In this document: positions 53,848-64,000 of the stretch, piece after piece | Numbering within the stretch: the first letter of the stretch is position 1 | Layout of the letters: every line of letters begins with the position of its first letter | Assembly (NCBI GenBank): GCA_025201805.1 | Contig: MU619289.1 | Location: 137,481-201,480, forward strand | Reading direction: 5' to 3' | DNA: 64,000 bases | From: Parasitella parasitica NRRL 2501 | Lineage: Eukaryota; Fungi; Mucoromycota | Program-made: the position numbers and the translations under genes | The notes under the pieces: model-generated | What the model was told of the DNA's origin: nothing | What the model saw: only the letters and a program-made list of their open reading frames with translations | Databases searched by the model: none

Positions 53848-55523
53848 ATGAGCACCGACGGCAGCGTATCAAACGATTTAGCGGAAGACGAGTTTGTGGT
53901 AAGCTTAGTTTGCTGTATTTACACATGGATTTTATTCGTAAACTGATTGATTATTAGGTTCAACGTGTTGCTGGCACCAAGAAACAGGTAATAAAATGGG
54001 ATGTTTGCTCTCTGCAAAGTGATTAACGTGATAAATGGTAAGGACGGGATACGGTATTATTTAATTGAATGGGCTGGATATGCCATTACCGAAAACACCT
54101 GGGAACAAGAGCACAACGTTTATTCTCTGCCTGCAATCAGTCGCTTCTATGTTGCGTATCGAAAGGAAAAGCACCTCAGCAAAAACTTTGATTTGAGCAG
54201 TCTGGAAAAAAAGCTATTGCTGTGCAATTCGTTTGATCCTGACACCCAGACACACACTCCTACAACAAACGCCTCGAGTGATTTGGTGCAAACATCCATC
54301 ACATCCACGACTACCACTACCACTACGACTACTACAATTGCATCTCAAATTTCCTCATCTAAAAAGACCACCAAGCTAATCATCAACCCACCCAGCCGAC
54401 CCAAGAAACGAAGCAGGGCTTCTTTAGAAAGCGAAACGAATTCTGTGATTGTCGCGAAACCTGTCAAGGTATGGTGTTTCTCTTTGATTTTGATTTTGAC
54501 TTTATTTTTTTTTTCTTAATTACGTGCTTTTCTTCTCAATATTTCAACAGATGAGAAACGGAAAGGACAAGTTACCAAAGAAAACTGTCCAAGCTTTCGA
54601 AAGCCTTATGGATACCATCAAAGCATCAGTAGAAGTAAGTGTGCAAAGCTTAAGAAAGGGCCGGGCTAAAAAAACTGACCACTGTCTAGAACAAATATCC
54701 TGTTGTACGTACTACAAATCAAAGGAATGCTCATACGTTTTGCGTTCAAAACCTAAAGACAAAAGTGACATTCATTAACGAGATCGATGATACCTTGCCT
54801 GCCGATTTCATCTACATTGATCAGCTCAAATACACAGCACCCGTCCAGCCTCCTGACCCTGATTTCTTGACTGGCTGCGATTGCTCTCGTTTCTCTGATT
54901 GTATAGAAGCCTGTCATGATGTTTCTGCTTATGGTGACGATGGTAGACTGGTCATTAGCCAAGGAACTGCTATTTATGAATGTAATCAATCTTGCGAATG
55001 TGGGCCACGATGTAAAAATAGAGTCGTTCAAAGAGGAAGAAAGATCCCATTGCAAGTATACAAAACCAAAAACAAGGGATGGGCTGTTCGAAGTCTGCAA
55101 TTCATCCCCAGAGGTACATTTATTGAAGAATACATAGGAGAGGTTATCACAGTGGAAGAAGGCGATCAAAGAGGTGTAGTTTACGATAGATTGGGTTGTA
55201 GCTATCTATTTGACATGGACTTTGCTCAGTCCGAACTACCAACAAGATATGTCATTGATTCTTACTCATTGGGCAACGTCAGTCGATTCTTTAACCATTC
55301 ATGTTCTCCTAATCTCGAAGTCTATGCCGTATTCTACGACAGTGCTGATAATCAAATGCATCGATTAGCGTTCTTTGCTAAAAGAGACATCAACAAGGAT
55401 GAGGAGCTTTGCTTTGATTACAACGGCCGAACAGACGTTTCCAACGATGAGCGCAATGAAGGTGCTGCTCGGTACGCTTGTCACTGTGATGCAGTCAGCT
55501 GTCGTAAATGGATCTATCAGTAA
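53848..55523 (+). CDS. clr4: Chromodomain + pre-SET/SET/post-SET H3K9 methyltransferase (Clr4/SUV39 family)
   Basis: Chromodomain EFVVQRV..YYLIEWAGY..ENTWE; IYECNQSCECGPRCKNRVVQRG, KGWAV, EYIGEV, SYLFDMD, GNVSRFFNHSC, ELCFDY, CHC..CRKW. Confidence 0.9.
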
Positions 55524-55572
55524 ATCAAAATATCCTAGAAGAAGGTCTTTTTTTTTTTTTTTCCTTTATTTT

Positions 55573-55652
<80 letters not shown>

Positions 55653-55662
55653 NNNNNNNNNN

Positions 55663-55694
<32 letters not shown>

Positions 55695-56023
55695 CACTAC
55701 TCTTCAATAGCAAAGTTTAATAATTGAGACTTTAGTGTCATGTATCCAATACCCCTTCATTCAATTTATACGTTGTTCTTGTCCTCCCCTTCAAATCACC
55801 TCTCCACCATGTAGCTTAATTTTTTATAATCAGTCAATAAAACCCCACAATCTAATGTATGTACAGAGCTGGCTTTTCAATTCATATGCTTGCATCTCGT
55901 TTCGCCAAGATGACCAACATCTGGCCAGTCACTTTTTGAATGGAACATCTAATGATCTGAAGCCTTAAATAGAGCCAACAAGGCATTTTTCGACCTTTCA
56001 ACCCTTCATTTCACTTTAAAAAA

Positions 56024-58090
56024 ATGTCTCAAAAGATTGGTAAGTGGCTCGAGATTTTCCGGCATGTCTTTTAAGACTAACTTGGCCTGGGCTAGCTATT
56101 CTCTCTGTCTACGATAAGACTGGCTTGTTGGACTTTGCCAAGGAGCTCCACGCGTTGAATGTTCGCTTGCTCGGTTCAGGTGGAACTGCCAAACTTGTCC
56201 GTGAGGCCGGCATTCCTATTGGGTAAGTTGATCTTCTTTGATAGCTTTTTATGTTGGTGAAGGGAAATAGCCTGACGGAATCATATAGTGATGTCTCTGA
56301 GATCACCAAGGCTCCTGAGATGTTGGGTGGCCGTGTCAAGACGTTGCACCCTGCTGTCCATGGTGGTAAGTGTGATTCCATTTTAAAAACGATGCACTTT
56401 TCTTTAACCACTATTCTACTATGTAGGTATTTTGGCCCGTAACATCGAAAGCGACGAAAAGGATCTTGCCGAACAGCAAATCGAAAAGATTGACATTGTT
56501 GTTTGCAATCTTTACCCCTTCAAGGAGACCATTGCTAAGCCCAATGTCACTATTTCTGAAGCTGTTGAAGAGATTGATATTGGAGGCGTCACTTTGTTGC
56601 GTGCTGCTGCCAAGAATCATGCCCGTGTCGCTATTGTTTCCGATCCCCTTGACTACACCAAGATCATTGATGAGCTCAAGCATGGTGAAATCACTCAAGA
56701 GACCCGCAACAGCCTGGCTTTGAAGGCATTTAATCAGACTGCTGATTATGATACCGCCATCTCTGACTACTTCCGTCGTAAATATGCCGAAAAGGAAGCT
56801 ATGATGACTCTTCGCTACGGTGCCAACCCTCACCAAGCTCCTGCTCAGATTTTTGTCAAGCATGGTAAATTGCCTGTTGAGGTCTTGAGTGGCTCTCCTG
56901 GCTATATCAACTTTTTGGATGCCTTGAACTCTTGGGCATTGGTCAAGGAATTGAGAGAGGCTACTGGTATTGCTGCTGCTGCTTCTTTCAAGCATGTATC
57001 TCCTGCTGGTGCTGCCATTGGCGTTGAGCTGGATGACACTGAAAAGAAGGTCTGCCAAGTCGATGATTTAAAAGTTTTGACTCCTCTTGCCAACGCTTAC
57101 GCTCGTGCTCGTGGCGCTGATCGCATGTCCTCTTTTGGTGACTTTATTGCTCTTTCCGATAAGGTCGATGTTGTTACTGCCAAGATTATCTCTCGAGAAG
57201 TTTCTGATGGTGTCATTGCCCCTGACTATGAGCCAGAGGCTTTGGAGATCCTCAAGGGCAAGAAGGGTGGCAAGTACTGTGTCCTTAAGATGGACCCTGC
57301 CTATGAGCCTGAGCAACAAGAAATCAGACAAGTGTATGGTTTATATTTGGAGCAAAAGAGAAACACCATCAAGATTGATGACTCCCTCTTCACCAACATT
57401 GTTTCCAAGGAAAAGAATGTAAGTCGCTGTAACAGTGGGGCCGTATTGTTGTTATTGACCTTTTTCTTTAGTTGCCCAAGGAAGCTGTTAGAGATTTGAT
57501 TGTTGCTACTATTGCTCTTAAATACACTCAATCTAACTCTGTTTGTTATGCCAAGGATGGCATGGTTATTGGTCTTGGTGCAGGTCAGCAATCTCGTATC
57601 CACTGTACTCGTCTTGCTGGTGATAAGGCTGATAACTGGTGGTTGCGCCATCATCCCAAGGTCCTCGCGTTAGACTTCAAGAAGGGCACCAAACGTGCTG
57701 ATAAGTCTAATGCTATTGACCTCTATGTTACTAACCAAATGGGCGAGGTATGTACTGTGATTTATGTTATATAGTGACACTATATGCTAATATGGACCGC
57801 TGTGCACATAACAGGGTGTCGAACTGGAAGCTTGGGAGGGCAACTTTAACAATATTCCTCTGCTTCTTACAGCTGAGGAACGCAAGGAATGGATGAGCAA
57901 ACTGGAAAATACTGTTATCTCGTCTGACGCCTTCTTCCCCTTCTCTGATAACATTTACCGCGCTCACCGTTCTGGTGTCAAGTATATTGCGGCTGCTTCT
58001 GGCTCTGTCCAAGACAACGTCGTGATTGCTGCTGCTGACTCCAATAAGATGGTTCTTGTGCACACCAACTTGAGACTCTTCCATCATTAA
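56024..58090 (+). CDS. ADE17: Bifunctional AICAR transformylase/IMP cyclohydrolase
   Basis: [81 protein letters not shown]16/ADE17 paralogy cannot be resolved. Confidence 0.96.
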
Positions 58091-58425
58091 CTTGATTTTA
58101 TGTATATTAATGTTCTGTAACAAAATAAAGATTGTTGTTTTAAAAGCCATCTGCGCTATATTCATTCTGTCTTGTATTTCAAACAGCAGGTTTCAATGAC
58201 TAGAAAATCCTGAATGTATGGTAAACTACGCATGATTCTTCAATTCAAGACGGGGATTACTGTCAAGGCATCAGAGAAACGGCTGTTGCATTTTAATAAA
58301 TAGCCAATTATGGAACGCACACTCATCAATAAAACATGTACGAAACTCACGCGGCCAAAAAAGATTGTTTTAATTTTTTTTTTCCTTTGTCGTCGCATAT
58401 TTTACCTGGACAAAATACTTTGAAT

Positions 58426-59070
58426 ATGGGACAATCTGGTTCACAGCTTGAGGATATGGTCAACTCGTCCAACTGTGCGTAGTTAGAAAGCATCTTTGTT
58501 CATAAAACGAGATAGACACTGACCCTATTGAACAGTTTCTGCAGAGGAAATCCAGCGTCTTTATAAGCGCTTTATGAAGTTGGATAAAGACAACTCTGGG
58601 TCTATCGACAAGGACGAGTTTCTTTCTATTCCACAGATTGCCAACAACCCATTGGCCTCTCGTATGATTGCCATTTTCGATGAAGATGGTGGGGGAGATG
58701 TTGATTTTCATGAATTCATCAAAGGTTTGAGTGCATTTAGCGCCCGTGGTAACAAGAGAGAAAAGCTTGAATGTAAGATGTCGAGTAACACATTCATGTC
58801 TGCTTTTACTAACATATTTTCGGTGCAAATATAGTTGCTTTCAAGGTGTATGACATGGATAGAGATGGATTTATCTCCAATGGCGAGCTGTTCTTGGTGC
58901 TCAAGATGATGGTAGGAAGCAATTTGAAGGATAATCAGCTACAACAAATCGTTGACAAGACAATCATGGAAGCTGACAAAGACGGCGATGGAAAGATTAG
59001 TTTTGAGGAATTCTTGGTGATGGTTGAGAATACAGATGTTGCAAAACAAATGACACTGGAGAGCTTTTAA
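58426..59070 (+). CDS. CNB1: Calcineurin regulatory subunit B
   Basis: MGQSGSQL myristoylation start; [21 protein letters not shown]; four EF-hands; two introns. Confidence 0.96.
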
Positions 59071-59239
59071 ATCAACTTCTCCATACATACGTACAGGCAT
59101 AATCATTAAAAAAAATTTATAAAGAAGCATCATAATTAAATCTATACACTTTTTTTTTTTTTTTGGTAAAACAGCATTTCTTTTGACAGGTATATCATTG
59201 CAGTTCACAGGACTCAGCAAAGAAACAGTGTGGTATCAT

Positions 59240-59755
59240 CTACACAATATCAACTTCAACTTCTTCATCGTCTTCCTCTTCGTCTTTCTTTATGCATATC
59301 TGTTCTTTTTCGAAATCCTTGCAGTAGTCATCTTCATCTTGCAAAGCAAGAGCAAGGGCTATGTTGTCTTCTTCGTCCCCATTGTCACTGACAGTATCGA
59401 AATCTTCAGGCTCCAATGTCAACTCCTCTCCATCCGCCTCGCATTGTCCAACCAATTCCTGGAACCACTCCTCCAAGCATGCATCGCTCTCATCTTTGAG
59501 TGTCTTTGCTTCAATGTTGGTCTCGTCAGTAGCCAGGCTTTCGATCTGCACCATGAGTAATCGAAGAGAATTCAGCAAGTCTGCAGAAATTTGTCCCGAG
59601 GATGGAGTAGCTTTGATTTCTGACAATATGTGAGATAATTCGGCCAGGAGATTATCAGTTCGAGGGCGCTTTTCAAGTCCCTGCTCAGTTATCTCCTCTG
59701 CAGATATGCTTCGCTTGAGATTTGGTACCAATATTTGAGCTACACTAGATTCCAT
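59240..59755 (-). CDS. Hypothetical acidic protein, 171 aa
   Basis: Intronless ORF; LKRS..KRPR NLS-like; DNIALALALQDED (UIM-like); ends EVEVDIV. Confidence 0.75.
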   Translation of the reverse strand: MESSVAQILVPNLKRSISAEEITEQGLEKRPRTDNLLAELSHILSEIKATPSSGQISADLLNSLRLLMVQIESLATDETNIEAKTLKDESDACLEEWFQELVGQCEADGEELTLEPEDFDTVSDNGDEEDNIALALALQDEDDYCKDFEKEQICIKKDEEEDDEEVEVDIV

Positions 59756-59789
59756 GGTGAGTCAAATGTAATGAAAGAGTTGGAAAGGG

Positions 59790-60510
59790 CTGTTATCTTT
59801 AGTGTTTTTTTTATACAGCAGCAGTGGCTTATTTTCGTTAAACAATCTGCTTGTGATGTTGAATCAGTTCCTTTTCAACATCTCCAAAGTCGTCATCTAC
59901 AAGCACATTTTGCTCCAAGAGCTATGTTTCAATCCGATCCTTTTGCTATTTTCATATTCTCGACAGATGTCTTCTGCAGTTCCTTTCCAATCTTTGTACA
60001 ATTGTAGATTCTGACGCCCAATCAACTGAGTGCACTTGACCTGCAATATTCACTTGGTGTCTAAATATGCACAACATGTTAAATAGCCAAAATACCTCCA
60101 TGGTCCAATAAATACCTATTCAGTTAAAATTTCTTTGGAAATGAGGCTCCAGTTACGAATATCATGCTTTCTAATGCATTGCATTGAAAGATTTTTCTCA
60201 ATATTCGTCCATGGGAGTTTGGCTGCAGCCGCTTCGCTTAAAAGCTGAAAGTGTCTACTTTTTGTCAAGACTTTTTTTCTTGCCTGATAAATTACATGGC
60301 TTACTCTTGGTTTATGTTTCCACCAGGCATCAGCATTGAAATTGTGCAAGGATATTCAGGACGAACGGAAAACTGATCGTGCATGAATACCACCCAACTT
60401 CGTCTTGTTTGGGTCTCGGTGTCACCCGTCTCTTCCTCAGTTGGTGATAGATCTTGCTCAAGTTTAAGCAAATTTTCTATTATTGCATCTGTTGTATTTT
60501 TGTCCCTCAT
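59790..60510 (-). pseudogene. Possible decayed multi-exon gene
   Basis: Plausible ATG exon and GT..AG introns near 60304 and 60115, but the protein-like segments (HNFNADAWWKHKPR; LQLYKDWKGTAEDICREYE; LLEQNVLVDDDFGDVEKELIQHH) lie in different frames. Confidence 0.35.
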
Positions 60511-61085
60511 TATGTTTGCTTGATATGATGAAAAGACCGTCGAATTTATGTGACGAATAATTTTTATTCAATTCCAAATGTAATCCTGTATCTATGAATT
60601 ATTCCCTATTTGATCTTTAGCGTTATCTATATGAATCCGCACCGAGTTATTGTATGCATTCCACATGTCAGCAACAACCACTATGTCATTGTTGTCTTGG
60701 TTAAGTTTCTATACTATGAATGAGTACCAGAAACTTATTCTAAAGGTTGTACGCACCTCGACTGTTGTGTTTAACTCTTCGACAGACTTGTTCAATTTGC
60801 TCTAAAAGCTTATATGTAAGTAGCAGATTCTTTTTACATGATCAAAAGCGTAATATTTTACTAAATTCGCAATAATTCTATTGAGAAGAGCGCTTTGTTG
60901 TTGTTCATGAGGATTCTCCATGTAAAGTTTTTTATTCGAAATACAAAAAGTTAGAAGCTACCTTCATTGAAAAACACACATTTATGTTTTGCTTTCAAGA
61001 TCAGCATTTTTTATTAACGACTGCCATCAAGTTTTTAAGAATTATACATAAATAAGGGTGTCTATATATAGAACTATAGGGTTTA

Positions 61086-61857
61086 TTAGAGAGCAATGGC
61101 AAGAGCACCAATCATGGCAGCAAAGGGCAAAGCTCCAGAATAGATACTGCTAGCTCCAGAACTGGCCTGAGTAGCAGCAGCACCACCACTCGTTGTAGAA
61201 GTGGTGGCATTATTCTTGATCGCAATCGCGTCAGCAGCAGCCTGAGTAGCATTCTTGACAATGACAAGAGTAGGGGCAGGCTCGCCTTCTTTGTCATTAC
61301 CAAGGGCCGTCCAATTAGCAGTTCCAACTTGACTAAAAAAAAACAGTAATTAGTGCTCTATTCTCATCTAACAGCATTGAATTAACTAACCAAGTTTGCA
61401 CAACAGGGAAATACAAAGTAACATTAGGCTGCGTGCTTAAATCAGAGTTGGGAAGAGATAAAATTATGGGGAAATCAAGAGAGTCTGTAGGAGCAAGAAC
61501 ACCACCTGCCCAGTTAATAGTGCTGACCGATTGGTTTGATTCATCGCGATAAGTAGTAGTTAACGTCTAGAAGAAAAACGACAATGAGCTCAATTATTTA
61601 GGAAACTAAATACATCTGAGATACGTTACCCAGCTATTGACTTGTTGAGGAGTGAGCACAGTAACAGCGTCAGGAACAGTGACAAAAATGCCAGTGGTAG
61701 CAGATCCATTGCAACCATGAGGAATGTGGAAAGCAGTAGTGATATTTTGGCCAGGTTCAGCAAATTTGGGAGTCAAATTGACATGAGCATCAGTAGATAA
61801 AGCATAGAAAAAGAGAGCCAAGACAGGAGCAATGAAAGAGCTACAAATAACGGTCAT
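61086..61857 (-). CDS. Secreted YcnI/DUF1775-family copper-binding protein with a probable GPI-anchor signal; 3 exons
   Basis: Signal peptide ..STDA|HVNLTP; FHIPHGCNGSATT, INWAGG, LYFPVVQTC..ANW, PAPTL; S/T/A stalk and hydrophobic C-terminus (SGASS..LPFAAMIGALAIAL*). Confidence 0.85.
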
Positions 61858-64000
61858 TTTTGTTTAAAATCAAGAAATAGAGCAATGAATTTGAGATAAG
61901 CAAAGAACATCAGGTCAAACCCTGTTCCTTTTATATACGAGAGACTGTAGTGTTTGCAGCGAAATTCTCTCAATCTCCAATAGATCTTCATTCCGCTGTC
62001 CAAAATGGAACGTCTCAAGAGAACTTTATTATCAACTTTTTTTTTGATGTTTTTTTTATGGTTTGAAGCAAGTTTTACAAATCAAACATCAATATCGCGA
62101 CGAATCAGTTCGATCGTCTTCAAAAAAATATTGTGTAGTGTAAATTCCTCTCCCATGCGATGTTTGCGAAATGTCACGAATTTTATCTCGTCAAGTATGT
62201 AGATCAAACATTTGAACTGACCTGGGGTACTGCCAGAATGAGCTTGTCAACAAATCAACATTAACATCACAGCAAAATTTTCTCAAGTTTGTGCAACTGG
62301 ATTTCCCACAAAGTTTTTCTTGCTTTTCCATATGAAGGTGCTGGCATGTTTAAAATAAAAACATTTGCCCTGTTTGATGACTTTTCCCGTATCTGAAAAT
62401 TGCCTTTCAAATTCTATGGGCTTTAATTATTTCAACATACTTAATAGAAGCTTGTATGCAAATATACCCCATCAAAAGCTGTGTAACTGCATCAGTTTTC
62501 CATTATTTGTAATAGCGTTTCATTTCTAGCGTGGATTGGTTGTATGTATCACACATGTCCACAGCTTTTATTTTTCAAGGGCCATATACGTATTGCGAAT
62601 CTATATCGACTCATACCACGGAAACCCTGGCTATATAACTCGCGAAATAGGTATATTTTCATTCGTTTTCCATACATCATTGAATTATATTATAATTTTT
62701 AGTCACTAAAACTAAACCATGATGATTATGTTGCTCATCACTCCTGGCAAATTTTCTGGATAGTAAACTATTAAACTTTAAACGTAGAAGATAACTTAAA
62801 GGAGTAACGGGATCTCCGAAAAGCTATTCACCTTCCCATCTTTAAATAAATTTTGACAGCTTAAAAACATCCGAAAAGCTTTTAGGCTACTAGATATTTT
62901 CTGTAATGTTTGCTCTTTGGTTTATCCTTTCTGTAGCTCTCAATACAGAAGTATATTTATATAAATTGATTCTGTTCCTACATATAATCAGCATCATTCC
63001 GTAAAATACTGATTGCAGAATATATACCATAATAGAATGTACTGATCAACCAGCATCCTTGTGAAATTACTAGTAAAAAATATGTAAAAAAAAATACTTT
63101 TTAAAACTGTTATTTATTTTTTAGATGAAGCCCATCAAAATGTCAATTAAAAACTATCTTTTTATACTAGTTTTCCAAGGGTAAATGATTATGGATATGA
63201 AGCTAAATTATATTGGATTATTCATCCAGGACGTTTTGGCAGCGAGGATTGATAAAGAGATAACCAATGGCGGATTTGACGAGTGTTGGAGTTGTTTCTA
63301 TTTGTTCTTGATATTGGATTACGTCTTCTTAAATCCATGCTAGCCTGGTCTTGACGATTGTAATCTTTGTGGAATATTCTGGGTAATTTGAAGTTCATAT
63401 TGATACTATTTACGGAGATTCTTTTTATGTGATGATCAGTTTATACTGATCTATAACAATCCTATAGACATGCTGCATATACCGATATGTGATAAGATGA
63501 ATACCTAGTGATATACACTCAGACATGCACAATTAATATATACTAAATAAGACTACACTAGAAATGATATACGCTTATGGATCGATTTTAATAATCTTCG
63601 CATGGTAGACTGATCAGGCTATCTCTAGTAAAATCTATTTACTCATTCATATAGATCTAATTTATCTTTAGACCACTGAGATTTCGGCAAGCGCAAAGGT
63701 AAGATGCTAATTAATCAGAATTGTTGTACACGTTAAATTACGTGAGCAGAACGTTTGTCCATAGTATAATTATATAAAGGTTCATTTACCTGGCAAGTAG
63801 ATGAATGAGAGCTTAGATATACTTGTCAATTTGATAATAAAACTTACCTTTATCAAGTTGACATTTGTTGTTTTTTTCATTTTAAATTTTTTTTTTCAGT
63901 GAATCTATATAACATTATTATACCGATTCCACAGTTAGTAATTTAAAATACTAACTTGACATTAACATAGTATGTCATTCTACCTTTTTACTACTAGATA

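Noticed and set aside
63781-63800. TTTACCTGGC resembling the U1 snRNA 5' end
   Set aside because: No U1 stem-loops or Sm site follow. It is better explained as a minus-strand splice-like sequence.
63220-63880. Possible small minus-strand multi-exon gene (MKKTTNVNLIK|GTAAGT..; MNFKLPRIFHKD..)
   Set aside because: Could not assemble a stop-free spliced ORF.

Overview
This is eukaryotic, intron-rich fungal DNA. It is AT-rich with many ~50-70 nt GT-AG introns, and the gene content fits a Mucorales/Mucoromycota fungus (inference). About 24 protein-coding genes can be reconstructed. Housekeeping genes: SNU114 (partial), a PRKX-type PKA catalytic subunit, APC5, RRP12, an Iec1-like INO80 zinc finger, TRM10, EBP2, RPL28/uL15, Sam35/metaxin, mitochondrial IF2, RPP1/p30, mRNA guanylyltransferase, a Clr4/SUV39 H3K9 methyltransferase, ADE16/17 and calcineurin B. 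Several orphan genes and four 10-N assembly gaps are also present. The most notable observations are: (1) an intronless fusion of two variant ubiquitins to an AN1 zinc finger; (2) an intron-containing, secreted and probably GPI-anchored YcnI/DUF1775 His-brace copper-binding protein of bacterial type; (3) a likely Mediator Med28 homolog; (4) a capping enzyme with a ~550-aa Q/P/S-rich tail carrying repeated repressor-like short motifs; (5) a long base-paired RPL28 intron; (6) a small transmembrane PPxY protein whose TM exon is missed by the ORF track. All family calls come from motif recognition by eye; no database searches were run.
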